Below, one piece after another: positions 46,934-57,182 of a stretch of DNA of 64,000 bases. A program made the position numbers and the translations under genes. Where the stretch lies: NCBI GenBank assembly GCA_963667845.2, contig CAXXVL010000001.1:704001-768000 (forward strand), given 5' to 3'. Under the pieces are notes generated by a model. It was not told where the DNA came from. It saw only the letters and a program-made list of their open reading frames with translations, and searched no databases. The stretch's first letter is position 1. Every line of letters starts with the position of its first letter. Origin of the DNA: Smithellaceae bacterium. Its GTDB lineage: Bacteria; Desulfobacterota; Syntrophia; Syntrophales; Smithellaceae.

Positions 46934-49461
46934 CAAGAGCTTATTTTCTGATAGAATATCTTCTTCGCCAGTTCCGCCGTTAAGATATAAAGGATGATAA
47001 TGATTCCCAGCATCATCAGAAACGACAGGGGCAGGGGTACAAATCCAAATATCTTTGCGAGCGGTGTAAACGGAAAGATCAGCGCAGCCGCCACCACAGC
47101 CATTGTGGCGACGAGGAGATACTTTCCCGGCCGGCTCCTGAAGAAGGGCCGTCTGCTGCGGATGACCAGCACGATAATCGAAGCGGAAATCACAGATTCC
47201 ATAAACCATCCTGTGCGGAATTGATCAGGTGTTGCGTGCAGGATCGTGAGCAGAACACCGAAGGTCAGATAATCAAAAACCGAACTGATCAAGCCGAACG
47301 TGAGCATGAATTTCTTAATAAAAGAAATATTCAACCGTTTCGGCCGATTCACCATCTCGGCATCCGTCCGATCCGTCGCAATCGTCATTTCCGGAAAATC
47401 GGTCATCAGGTTTGTCAGCAAAATCTGCTTGGGCAGCAAAGGGAGAAAAGACAAAAACAACGAAGCACCGGCCATACTGAACATGTTCCCAAAATTGGCG
47501 CTCGTCGCCATGAAGACGTATTTCATGGTGTTGGCAAGCGTCGTCCGGCCCTGATGAACCCCCTGCACCAGCACCTCCAGATTCTTTTCCAAAAGGACGA
47601 TGTCGGCCGATTCTTTGGCCACATCCACGGCCGTATCCACGGAGATGCTTACGTCCGAGGCATGCAGGGCGGAAACGTCGTTGATGCCGTCTCCGATGTA
47701 GCCTACAACATGCCCGGCCTTGCGAAGCGCAAGAATAATGCGTTCCTTTTGATTGGGCTCTACTTCGGCGAAGATGTCTGTTTGAATTACCCGCTGTAAT
47801 AGAGCGGTGTCGCTAATTTCACGCAGTTCGGGGCCGGTGAGAATTTTTGCGTCACGCATGCCCACATCCTGACTAATCTTGGCGGCAACGAGGCGGTTAT
47901 CTCCGGTAATGACCTTCAGGGAAACGCCAAGTTGCTTAAGACGCTCTATCGTTTCTAAAACTCCCTTTTTGGGTGGATCGAAGAAAAGCAGGAAACCGAG
48001 GAAAGTCATGTCCTGTTCGGAATCTTTATTAATGAGGGATTGTGTCCCGATATCCCGCATGGCCACTCCAAGCACGCGGAATCCCCGGCTGCTGAGATCC
48101 TCGAACTTCCGCTGAATCTCTTTTTCCACGGTGCTCGTGTCTATCTTATCCCCGGTCTTGTTTTCCGCAAAAGGGCAGACCGCCAGAACATTCGAAAGCG
48201 CCCCTTTCATTACCATTAAATAGCGGCCATCCTTTTTGAGCAGGATACTGAGGCGCTTACGGATGAAATCATAGGGAACCTCGTCAATTTTTTCATAGCC
48301 GGAAATATCCGGTTGCTTATAAGAACGGATCGCTGCGTCTATGGGGTTGGAAAAGCCTTTTTCATAGAAAGAATTCAGGTAGGCATAGAGGAATACCCGA
48401 TCGCTGGGATTGCCGCTTACGTCTATCGCCGAATCCAGGCGGACGGTCCCCTCCGTCAGAGTGCCCGTCTTATCGGAACACAGAACGTCCATACTCCCGA
48501 AGTTTTCTATGGAAGCCAGGCGTTTGACAATGACTTTTTGCTCGGCCATTTTTTTTGCGCCGTGGGCCAGGTTGATGCTGATGATGGCCGGCAGCAGCTG
48601 CGGTGTCAGTCCGACGGCCAGCGCGAGCGAAAAAAGGAAAGATTCCAGAACGGGTCGATGAAAGAATACGTTGATGGCGAAAACAGCAATGACCAAGAGC
48701 AGCGTCACTTCGAGCAGTAGATAACCGAACTGCCGGATACCGTGCTCAAATTCGGTTTCCGGCGCTCTCAGCTTCAGCTTCTCGGAGATCTGTCCGAACT
48801 CGGCTTGCTTCCCCGTGAATACAACCAGAGCGGCGGCAGTGCCGCTGATCACGTGTGTTCCCATAAACAGGCTGTTGGTGCGGCGGGCAAGCGGTGTATC
48901 CGCAGGCAAAAGCCCCGCATTTTTCTCGACGGGGAAACTTTCGCCGGTCAGGGTTGCTTCATCGACAAATAGATCACGGGATTCCAGAATCAGGCTGTCG
49001 GCGGGAATTGCATCTCCGGCATTCAACAAAACGATATCACCCGGGACAACATCTTCCAGCGTGATGTCCTGCACGTTGCCGTCTCGCAGGATGGTGGTCT
49101 TGATCCTGACGATTGCCAGCATCTTTTCCAGAGCATTAGCGGCGCCTTTTTCCTGCCAGAATCCCAGAAGGCCGCTTGCCAAAACGATGGCGATAATAAT
49201 CGCGGCATCTTCAGGATCATGAAGAAAGGCGGAGAGTCCCGCTGCAAAGATCAGGGTCAGAATAATCGGACTTTTGAATTGGGAAAGGAAGAGAGTAAGC
49301 GCGTCAGACCGTTGGGGCGGCGTGAGCCGGTTTGCACCGAATCGGGCAAGCCGCAGCCTCGCTTCCTCTGGGGTTAAGCCATCCTTTTTTGCATGAAGAC
49401 GAGCCAGTAAATCCGATTGGGGAATACTCCAATATGAAGGCGATTGTTCAATCATGATCAT
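46933..49461 (-). CDS. mgtA: Magnesium-translocating P-type ATPase
   Basis: TGES, AVGLTPQLLP, DKTGTLT, PYDFIRKR, TGDN, GDGIND, SANFGN, FRTGWFMES. Confidence 0.93.
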   Translation of the reverse strand: MIMIEQSPSYWSIPQSDLLARLHAKKDGLTPEEARLRLARFGANRLTPPQRSDALTLFLSQFKSPIILTLIFAAGLSAFLHDPEDAAIIIAIVLASGLLGFWQEKGAANALEKMLAIVRIKTTILRDGNVQDITLEDVVPGDIVLLNAGDAIPADSLILESRDLFVDEATLTGESFPVEKNAGLLPADTPLARRTNSLFMGTHVISGTAAALVVFTGKQAEFGQISEKLKLRAPETEFEHGIRQFGYLLLEVTLLLVIAVFAINVFFHRPVLESFLFSLALAVGLTPQLLPAIISINLAHGAKKMAEQKVIVKRLASIENFGSMDVLCSDKTGTLTEGTVRLDSAIDVSGNPSDRVFLYAYLNSFYEKGFSNPIDAAIRSYKQPDISGYEKIDEVPYDFIRKRLSILLKKDGRYLMVMKGALSNVLAVCPFAENKTGDKIDTSTVEKEIQRKFEDLSSRGFRVLGVAMRDIGTQSLINKDSEQDMTFLGFLLFFDPPKKGVLETIERLKQLGVSLKVITGDNRLVAAKISQDVGMRDAKILTGPELREISDTALLQRVIQTDIFAEVEPNQKERIILALRKAGHVVGYIGDGINDVSALHASDVSISVDTAVDVAKESADIVLLEKNLEVLVQGVHQGRTTLANTMKYVFMATSANFGNMFSMAGASLFLSFLPLLPKQILLTNLMTDFPEMTIATDRTDAEMVNRPKRLNISFIKKFMLTFGLISSVFDYLTFGVLLTILHATPDQFRTGWFMESVISASIIVLVIRSRRPFFRSRPGKYLLVATMAVVAAALIFPFTPLAKIFGFVPLPLSFLMMLGIIIILYILTAELAKKIFYQKISS

Positions 49462-49791
49462 AAATTAAGGACACCCTGACGCCGTGTCAATGAGACGGGG
49501 AGGGAGATTCAACGCCTGCGCGGTGCGGAAAGCAGGCGGCCCGATGAGTCGATCCGGGGTGACTGTGCCGGCCTTTTTTTGATATCGCGGTTTGGGTAAT
49601 GATGACCTTAAGAAATTCCGGATCTCAACTTTTTACGAACAACGCCAATCGGGAAGAGATAATCCCGGAGAACAACCCGCGCTCAAATCACCTCTACGAA
49701 AATTATTTCATTTTCCCGGGCAAAATAGTATGTATAAAGAAAGTAAATAAATAATTCAAAATGAGCGGATCAATTCCGCAAGGAGGTCGGT

Positions 49792-50457
49792 ATGGAATTA
49801 GCCCTCGCCGTCAGGGAAAGAAGGAGCATTCGTAAATTCAAGCCGCAGGATGTGCCGAAAAGTGTTCTTACGGAAATCCTGGAACTGGCGCGCTGGTCGC
49901 CGTCCTGGGGAAATACGCAGCCCTGGGATTTATTGGTCCTGACAGGTAAGACATTGGCGAAATTTAAAGAGATGAATCTGCGGCAGACGCTCGCCGGTGA
50001 GCCGATCGCCTCCGACGTTCCGATGCTGGAGAAATGGCCCGAAGCCATGAAGGCGCGCTACGGTGCACTGGGGAAAGTCGTTTTAAGCGCTCAGGGTATT
50101 GCCCGGGACGATAAGGCGGGCCGGGAGCAGTACTATCGGGATATGGTGAATATGTTTGACACTCCCTGTATGATCCTGGTCTGCATTGCGCGGGACAACC
50201 TCGTTGAATACCAGATGCTGGATGCCGGGCTCATTGCGCAGACCATTTGCCTCGCCGCATACGATAAGGGGCTGGGGACCTGCCTGCTGGCCGCGGCTGC
50301 CCGCTACCCGGCGGAGACCCGGAAACTCGCGGCTATTCCCGCCGATAAAAAGATCGTTGTGGGAATCGCCCTGGGCTATCCCGATGCGTCATTCCCGCTC
50401 AATACGTTTGAACGGGAGCGGGCGAAACTGGATGAATTTGTGCACTGGCTGGACTAG
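49792..50457 (+). CDS. Nitroreductase family protein
   Basis: RRSIRKF, SPSWGNTQPW, GLGTC, ALGYP. Confidence 0.92.
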   Translation: MELALAVRERRSIRKFKPQDVPKSVLTEILELARWSPSWGNTQPWDLLVLTGKTLAKFKEMNLRQTLAGEPIASDVPMLEKWPEAMKARYGALGKVVLSAQGIARDDKAGREQYYRDMVNMFDTPCMILVCIARDNLVEYQMLDAGLIAQTICLAAYDKGLGTCLLAAAARYPAETRKLAAIPADKKIVVGIALGYPDASFPLNTFERERAKLDEFVHWLD

Positions 50458-50525
50458 AAGGCGATGAGGACCGAACCCCCAGAAACTTTTGCCGACCTTG
50501 ACCGGCCCCGCGGGAGGACGAGACC

Positions 50526-51368
50526 ATGAGCGCGATTCCCGCCGACGCGGCGACCGTTATGCTTCTGCGGCCTTGCCCCGATGCCGGAGTGAAGGATATC
50601 GAGGTCCTTCTGGTTCTCAGGAACCGCAAGAGCAGCTTTGTTCCCGGCTACTATGTTTTCCCCGGCGGAGTTCTCGACCCGGAGGATTACGAACCCGGCA
50701 TCGAGCGCTTCCTGCGGGGTGTCGCAAGGCCAGAGGCTGCCAAGCTCCTTCACGACATGTCGAGTCCGGAGAAAGCCCTGGGGGCCTGGATTGCCGGCAT
50801 CCGTGAAACATTTGAAGAGGTGGGACTGCTCATTGCCCGGAAAGAAGACGGCGCGCCCGTCACGATTGGAACGGATGAAGAGATCAGGCGATTCGGCGAA
50901 TACCGGCGGGCGCTCATCCGGGGGGAAATGAAATTTTCCCAGGTGCTCACGGCGGAAAATCTTGTGCTGTTCGGAGAAGATCTTCATTACTTCTCTCACT
51001 GGATCACGCCGGAATTCCTGCCGAAGCGCTACGATGTTCGTTTTTTCGTCACACGCGTTCCGGTTGGTCAGACGGCCGTTTGTGACGGTGTGGAACTGAC
51101 GGCGCACAGCTGGCTTCGGCCTTCCGTTGCGCTCAAAGACTACGAGACGGGCAGGATCGGGATGGTCCTGCCCCAGATCATTACGCTCCAGGAGCTTGCC
51201 CGTTTTCAGACCGTCGAGGACACGATCGCGTCGGTGGAACACCGTCAGATCTCAGCGATGCTGACGAAGATCATTCAACACGAGGGCAAGGCCGTGGAAG
51301 TGATGCCCGACGGGACCGTATTTGAAAACCGCCCGCCGGTTTATCCGCGAAGCACCGATGGCGATTAA
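50526..51368 (+). CDS. NUDIX hydrolase (NUDT19-like)
   Basis: AATVMLLR, VFPGG..D..D, IRETFEEVG, HWITP...KRYDVRFF. Confidence 0.88.
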   Translation: MSAIPADAATVMLLRPCPDAGVKDIEVLLVLRNRKSSFVPGYYVFPGGVLDPEDYEPGIERFLRGVARPEAAKLLHDMSSPEKALGAWIAGIRETFEEVGLLIARKEDGAPVTIGTDEEIRRFGEYRRALIRGEMKFSQVLTAENLVLFGEDLHYFSHWITPEFLPKRYDVRFFVTRVPVGQTAVCDGVELTAHSWLRPSVALKDYETGRIGMVLPQIITLQELARFQTVEDTIASVEHRQISAMLTKIIQHEGKAVEVMPDGTVFENRPPVYPRSTDGD

Positions 51369-51424
51369 CCGCACATTAACCGACTGCGTGAAACGACGGT
51401 AATGATGCGCCTAAGGAGAAAGAA

Positions 51425-51733
51425 ATGAAGTTGCCTGAAGGCCAAATCCGCTATTGCGACCGCCCGGATCTTTCCGAAACATTCGTCGATTCTCTCGGCG
51501 TGGTAACCTTTGACGGTTCGACGCGTCTGGAATTGTGTGTCACCCGTCTGGATCCCCCGAAGCCGCCGGATCCTCCGACGGCGCGGCGATATCCCGTGAG
51601 CCGCCTTGTGATGACCCCGGAGACGACAGTCGCTTTGTTCAACCAGCTTCAAAATATCATGAATCTTTTGCGTGAGGCAGGTCTTGTCACGAAACAGGAA
51701 GGGCAACCGCCGGAAGCGATCAAAAAGCATTAA
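51425..51733 (+). CDS. Small hypothetical protein
   Basis: AGGAG SD; 102-aa ORF in an operon-like position. Confidence 0.7.
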   Translation: MKLPEGQIRYCDRPDLSETFVDSLGVVTFDGSTRLELCVTRLDPPKPPDPPTARRYPVSRLVMTPETTVALFNQLQNIMNLLREAGLVTKQEGQPPEAIKKH

Positions 51734-51769
51734 GATTCGGTGGACCGGACTTCCTGACTGAAAGACCCT

Positions 51770-53158
51770 ATGCGCGATTTTACAGAAGGCAATATTGCCA
51801 GACAGGTTATTGATTTCACGCTGCCGATTATGCTCGGCAACGTGCTCATGTCGGTCTATGGCATCATCAATCTGGTCTGGGTGGGCAGGCTGCTGGGGCA
51901 TACCGCTGTGGCCGCCGTCGCCGCCTCTCTGCCGATCATCATGCTTCTGCCGGCATTTCTGATCGGACTGGGCATGGCGACGAATGTCCTGATCGCCCAG
52001 GCTTTCGGCCGCAGGGACACGGCAACTCTCAAAAAGATTCTGTCCAATTCTTTCTTTGCATCGGTTTTGTTCTGTCTGGCCATTTCCGCCGTTGCGCTGG
52101 TGCTTCGGCGCGAGCTGCTCGACTGGGTGCATGCGCCTGCCGAAATTCAGGAGATGGCCCTGTCCTATTTGACCATCATGATGGCCACGCTCGTCTTTCA
52201 GTTTTTTATCAACTGGATGACAGGCATGCTGCGGGGCTTAGGCGACGCCCGGACGGTCGTGAAGATCCTCATCATGCTTGCCCTGTTTAATATCGTTCTC
52301 GTTCCTGTGTTTATCCTCGGCATCGGCCCGCTGCCGCCGCAAGGCGTGGCCGGGGCGGCGTGGGGCACGGCGCTTGCGGCCATCGCCACTTCTATTATCG
52401 GGTATATTTACCTGCTCCGCTTTAATCCTTTCATCAATATGCGCAACTGGGATTATAGCTTCGACTGGCACATCATCCGGGAGGTTTTCATCATCGGCGT
52501 GCCGGCATCTTTGCAGATGATCGTCGTCTCTTTATCGGGTGTGATCATTGTCGCCCTGGTCAACCGCTACGGCACGGCCGTTACAGCGGCCTTCGGCATC
52601 GGTATGCAGGTCGACATGCTGGCCACGATCCCGTACATGTCGATCGGAATGGCCGCGACGACCATTGCCGGCCAGAACCTCGGAGCGCAGAAACTGGACC
52701 GTGTTTTCCGGACGCTGCGGATTTCGGTTTATTTCGGCCTGGCGCTCTCCTGTGCCGTCACCGCCGTGCTGCTGATTTTTCCCGAGCAAATCGGCGGCAT
52801 TTTCCTTTCGGCATCCGCCGAAAATACTGCGGTGCTCCATGTTGTGCGTCACTATTATCATTGGATGGCGTTTATTTTTCCCTGCTTCGCCATTATTTTC
52901 GCGATCCAGGGAGTGCTGCGCAGCGCGGGCGATACGCTGGCCCTCCTGGCTCTTTCGTTTGCGGCCATGTTCGTCATCCGCGTTCCGCTGGCTTACGTGC
53001 TGGCCGGCCCCGTGGGACTTAGAGAGGATGGCATCTGGATCGCCATGCTGACGAGCAGTGCGCTGGCTGTCGGATTGAACTGGCTCTATTACAAGAAAGG
53101 TCCGTGGAAGAAAAAACGGCTGATGGGAAAACCGGCGCCGTCTGAAAATAAGGTATGA
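51770..53158 (+). CDS. MATE efflux transporter
   Basis: DFTEG, LRGLGD, GQNLGA, LRSAGD; about 12 TM segments. Confidence 0.93.
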   Translation: MRDFTEGNIARQVIDFTLPIMLGNVLMSVYGIINLVWVGRLLGHTAVAAVAASLPIIMLLPAFLIGLGMATNVLIAQAFGRRDTATLKKILSNSFFASVLFCLAISAVALVLRRELLDWVHAPAEIQEMALSYLTIMMATLVFQFFINWMTGMLRGLGDARTVVKILIMLALFNIVLVPVFILGIGPLPPQGVAGAAWGTALAAIATSIIGYIYLLRFNPFINMRNWDYSFDWHIIREVFIIGVPASLQMIVVSLSGVIIVALVNRYGTAVTAAFGIGMQVDMLATIPYMSIGMAATTIAGQNLGAQKLDRVFRTLRISVYFGLALSCAVTAVLLIFPEQIGGIFLSASAENTAVLHVVRHYYHWMAFIFPCFAIIFAIQGVLRSAGDTLALLALSFAAMFVIRVPLAYVLAGPVGLREDGIWIAMLTSSALAVGLNWLYYKKGPWKKKRLMGKPAPSENKV

Positions 53159-55170
53159 ATTTCTACCGGCTAAGGGAGGCGGATGATTTTATGAAACGGA
53201 TGCAAGTAGCAATGATGGTGATGATCATGATGACCGCATGGCTTCTCACGGGCGTCTCTTCAATGGCGTCCGCCGCCGATGCGAAAGCAGCCGATCCGGC
53301 CACGCACGAAATAAACGGCCGTCTGCCGCAGGGCTTGCCCGACGACCGGGAAGAAGAGGAGCTTGCCCGCCGGGGCCTCATGGCGTCCGATCCGAATCTG
53401 GATATCCGCACGGAAAGCGGCAAGCCGGTGTGGGATATGAAGCGGTATGATTTTCTCGCCGCGAATACGCAGGCGCCGGACACGGTTAACCCGGCGTTGT
53501 GGCGTCACGCCCGGCGCAACAGTATCCACGGCCTCTTTAAAGTGACCCAAGGCGTCTACCAGGTGCGGGGATATGATATATCGAATATCACCTTCATCGA
53601 GGGGAAAACCGGCTACATCGTTGTCGATCCGCTGGTCTCGGTCGAGCCGGCCCGGGCGGCGCTCGAACTCTTCTATCGCCATCTCCCCCGGCGACCTGTG
53701 ACCGCCGTGATTTACACGCACAGCCATGTTGACCACTGGGGCGGGGTGAAAGGCATTGTATCGGCCGAGGAGGTGCAGGCGGGCAAAGTCAGAATCATCG
53801 GCCCTGCCGGCATAACCGACGAAATCATCAGCGAGAATTTGATGGCGGGAAACGCCATGATGCGCCGTGCAACGTACATGTTCGGTGCGACTCTGCCAAA
53901 GGGTCCGACAGGCCAGGTGGACGCGGGGATGGGAAAGACCGCGTCGAGCGGCACCGTAAGCTATATCCGGCCTACTGAAGAAATCACGAAGCCGCTTGAG
54001 GAAGTGGTGATCGACGGTGTGCGTTTTGTTTTCCAGCAGGTTCCGGCCACGGAAGCGCCCGTTGAAATGATTTTTTATCTGCCCGATCAAAAGGCGCTTT
54101 GCGTCGCCGAGGATGCCACAGCCAGTCTGCATAATCTGCTCACGCCGCGCGGCGCACAGGTCAGGGACGGGCGGGCCTGGTACCGTGCCATCGATGAAAC
54201 AATCGATCTCTTCGGCGATCAGGCGGATGTGTTGTTTGCGACGCATCTCTGGCCGCGTTTTGGAAATGAAAAGATCATCGATTATCTGCAAAAACAGCGC
54301 GACCTGTATAAATATATCCACGATCAGACCGTCCGTCTGATGAATCAGGGCTACACGATGACCGAATGCGCGGAACAAATTATCCTGCCCAAGAGCCTGG
54401 CCGGCGAATGGTACAACCGTGATTTTTACGGCACGGTCAACTTTAATGTGAAGGCCGTCTACCAGCGTTACCTCGGCTGGTTTGACGCCAACCCCGCCCA
54501 CCTCCATCCGCTGCCCCCCCAAGAGGCGGGCCGGAAATACATGGAATTTATGGGCGGGTCGGATGCCGTCCTGGCGCGGGCGAGAGCATCCATGCAAAAA
54601 GGCGAGTACCGCTGGGTAGCCGAGGTGGTGAACCATGTTGTGTTTGCCGAGCCCGGAAACCGGGAGGCTCGCGAGTTGCAGGCCGACGCATTGGAACAGT
54701 TGGGCTATCAGGCTGAGTCTCCCATCTGGCGCAATTTTTATCTGGCGGGCGCCCGGGAGCTGCGCTACGGTATTGACAAAAGTATTCCCGTGCAGGCACG
54801 CAGCCGGGACATCCTGCGCGGGATGCCCATGGATCAGTTTTTTGACCTGATGGCGGTTCGCTTAAACAGCCGGAAGGCGGCCGATAAACGGATTACGGTC
54901 AACTGGGTGCTGACGGATACAAACCAGACGTATACGCTCGCCCTGACCAACAGCGTTTTGAACCAGAAACGCGGACGCCTTGACCCCAAAGCCGACACGA
55001 CCGTGTCGCTTGCCCGTCCGGTATTCGATTCCATTATGGCCAAGCAGGCAACCTTCGCCGGGCGTGTTCTGGCCGGCGACATCAAGATTGACGGCAGCAT
55101 GGTGAAGTTTCTCGAAATGATGTCATGTGTGGAGGAGTTTGATCTGTGGTTCAATATCGTGACGCCCTGA
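53155..55170 (+). CDS. Alkyl/aryl sulfatase (SdsA1/BDS1 type; MBL + dimerisation + SCP2-like)
   Basis: VNPALWR, YQVRGYDISN, THSHVDHWGG, HNLLTPRGA, YLGWFDANP, FNIVTP; signal peptide. True start may be about 53191. Confidence 0.92.
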   Translation: MNFYRLREADDFMKRMQVAMMVMIMMTAWLLTGVSSMASAADAKAADPATHEINGRLPQGLPDDREEEELARRGLMASDPNLDIRTESGKPVWDMKRYDFLAANTQAPDTVNPALWRHARRNSIHGLFKVTQGVYQVRGYDISNITFIEGKTGYIVVDPLVSVEPARAALELFYRHLPRRPVTAVIYTHSHVDHWGGVKGIVSAEEVQAGKVRIIGPAGITDEIISENLMAGNAMMRRATYMFGATLPKGPTGQVDAGMGKTASSGTVSYIRPTEEITKPLEEVVIDGVRFVFQQVPATEAPVEMIFYLPDQKALCVAEDATASLHNLLTPRGAQVRDGRAWYRAIDETIDLFGDQADVLFATHLWPRFGNEKIIDYLQKQRDLYKYIHDQTVRLMNQGYTMTECAEQIILPKSLAGEWYNRDFYGTVNFNVKAVYQRYLGWFDANPAHLHPLPPQEAGRKYMEFMGGSDAVLARARASMQKGEYRWVAEVVNHVVFAEPGNREARELQADALEQLGYQAESPIWRNFYLAGARELRYGIDKSIPVQARSRDILRGMPMDQFFDLMAVRLNSRKAADKRITVNWVLTDTNQTYTLALTNSVLNQKRGRLDPKADTTVSLARPVFDSIMAKQATFAGRVLAGDIKIDGSMVKFLEMMSCVEEFDLWFNIVTP

Positions 55171-55273
55171 CGTTTCAGGCCTTCGCAAAAGACAGGGTCA
55201 AAATATATGGGTGTCACCATGTATTTTCAACCACGTCAGGGCATGATGACTGCACGCAGTTTCCTGGGAGCAC

Positions 55274-56959
55274 TCATTTGAGGCGAATCCGTCCCTTATT
55301 GATCTTCCTGTAGATTGTAGAGGCATTGACTCCCAGCAGCTCAGCCGTCTTTTCGATGCTGCCGGACTCCTGATAGGCCCGCTTGAAAAGAATCTTCTCC
55401 ACTTTTTCCATCGCCTCTTTCAGCGGCATCGGGCGGGCGATGGAAATATCTTCTTCCTGCTCCGGTGTTTTTTTCATTTCCAGCTGGTTGACCAGATCAT
55501 ATTCTGCGTCTCCGACCTCGTCCGAGCCGGCGACGACGAGCAACCTCTCGATGACGTTTTTCAACTCCCGTACGTTGCCGGGCCAGTCGTAATGGTAGAA
55601 ACGGGGAATCAGCGAGTTGGTGATTCTGATGTTGGTCCCGTACTTCAGGTTCAGGGTTTTCAGAAAGAAGCGGATCAGCGGCAGGATATCGTCGCGCCTT
55701 TCTCTCAGGGGCGGGATATGGATCGGGATGACGCTCAAACGATAGAAGAGATCGCGCCTGAATCCAACCCCATCCACAAGCTGATCCCGGGAGAGATTGG
55801 TCGAAGCAATGATTCTCGCATCCGTTGGTATGGTCTTGTTGGATCCTACACGCATATACTCATGTTCCTGAATGACCCGCAGGAGCTTGCTCTGCATCCC
55901 TATAGGGAGTTCGCTGATTTCGTCCAGGAAGAGGGTTCCTTTTTCCGCTTCGTCAAACAGACCTTTGCGTCCTCCTTTTTTTGCCCCGGTGAAGGCCCCC
56001 TCCTCGTAGCCGAAGAACTCCGACTCCAGGAGCTCGGAAGGAATAGCGGAACAGTTGATCCCGACAAACGGACCCTGCGACCGGTTGCCCGACTGGTGGA
56101 TCATCTTCGCGATCATTTCCTTGCCGACTCCGGACTCGCCCCAGAGGAAGACCGGCGAATCGAATTTGCCCGCCTTGACCGCAACCTGCGCCACTCTCTT
56201 CATCTGTTCGCTGGAATAGACGATTTTGTCCCGACCGAGCAGGACCTCGAGCGAGTTCAATCTTTTGTAATACTGGTCCTTCAATGTCTCCGAGCTGGAC
56301 AGGTCACTTTCCAACTGGATCATCCGGGTGACGTCCCGTCCCGTGCTGACCACCTTCTTAATCTTCCCGCGTTTGTCAAAAAAAGGGATGCTTTGATACT
56401 GAAGGGTTATTCCCGATCCATAGGTGACGTTCGTGCTCATCGGCTTTTTCGCTTTCAGAGCATTCAAGGAGGCCGCATCCGTCAGCGCGTGCTCTTCAAC
56501 GAGTTCATGCAGGTCCCTGCCGATCCATTCCTTGGCGTCGACCCCGATATATTTAGAAAGGGTATCATTGAGATGCTCCAATACCCCGTCTTGATCTACA
56601 ATTCCGATTGCCACATCGATGTAATCCAGGAAGGTGTCAAAATCCATCAGTTTCAATATATCCGCTATATCGAACAGATATAAATAGCTCTTTTTCTCAC
56701 CATCAAATCCGACTGGAAAAACTCTGATCCGGCGGGACATCTTCCCGATCTTGATATTTCGCGGCCCCTCTGGTGCTTCGGGGGACTCTGCTTTCGCAAA
56801 CAGGGGATCAATTTCGGCAATGGAGTTAATGGAATGAAGGTCGGCAGAACGCAACAACGATTCTGCGGGATCGTTCATCATCAGAAGGTGTCCCTCTTCG
56901 TCTGCGAGCAATGCCGGATTGGCGATTTGCCTTAAAAAATCTCTTTCTATCGTTATCAC
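55274..56959 (-). CDS. PAS-containing sigma54-dependent enhancer-binding protein
   Basis: GESGVGKE, ESEFFGYEEGAFTGA, FLDEI, FRRDLFYRL, WPGNVREL, C-terminal HTH. Confidence 0.95.
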   Translation of the reverse strand: MITIERDFLRQIANPALLADEEGHLLMMNDPAESLLRSADLHSINSIAEIDPLFAKAESPEAPEGPRNIKIGKMSRRIRVFPVGFDGEKKSYLYLFDIADILKLMDFDTFLDYIDVAIGIVDQDGVLEHLNDTLSKYIGVDAKEWIGRDLHELVEEHALTDAASLNALKAKKPMSTNVTYGSGITLQYQSIPFFDKRGKIKKVVSTGRDVTRMIQLESDLSSSETLKDQYYKRLNSLEVLLGRDKIVYSSEQMKRVAQVAVKAGKFDSPVFLWGESGVGKEMIAKMIHQSGNRSQGPFVGINCSAIPSELLESEFFGYEEGAFTGAKKGGRKGLFDEAEKGTLFLDEISELPIGMQSKLLRVIQEHEYMRVGSNKTIPTDARIIASTNLSRDQLVDGVGFRRDLFYRLSVIPIHIPPLRERRDDILPLIRFFLKTLNLKYGTNIRITNSLIPRFYHYDWPGNVRELKNVIERLLVVAGSDEVGDAEYDLVNQLEMKKTPEQEEDISIARPMPLKEAMEKVEKILFKRAYQESGSIEKTAELLGVNASTIYRKINKGRIRLK

Positions 56960-57006
56960 GGATCCTTCTCCAACTGAATACTAAAATGACCGAAAACATT
57001 TTCCTT

Positions 57007-57120
57007 TTGCAGCATGCAAGATATTTTTGCATAAAGCAAGGGATTTGTGGGCATAAAAAAGCATGCCTTGCGCAATATATAATAAAATCAATATATTAAA
57101 TAAACGGTACGGCCATTGCA
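57007..57120 (+). promoter_or_regulatory. sigma54 promoter with two UAS palindromes and an IHF site
   Basis: TTGC-N5-GCAA at 57007-57019 and 57027-57039; AATCAAtataTTA at 57086-57098; GG-N10-GC in cGGTACggccaTTGCA (57105-57120). Confidence 0.8.
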
Positions 57121-57182
57121 TTTGGCAAGAGTGATATTGCTGGGAATAAGAAAAAAACAAAAAAAAGACGGGAGGAAACAAT

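Noticed and set aside
49491..49790. M-box or other riboswitch upstream of mgtA
   Set aside because: No M-box consensus recognised, and the promoter-like motif lies immediately next to the start codon.
53260..54636. Long antisense ORFs (also 42771..43799, 55592..56683, 41113..42033 and others)
   Set aside because: Shadow frames opposite well-supported genes in GC-rich DNA; no motifs.
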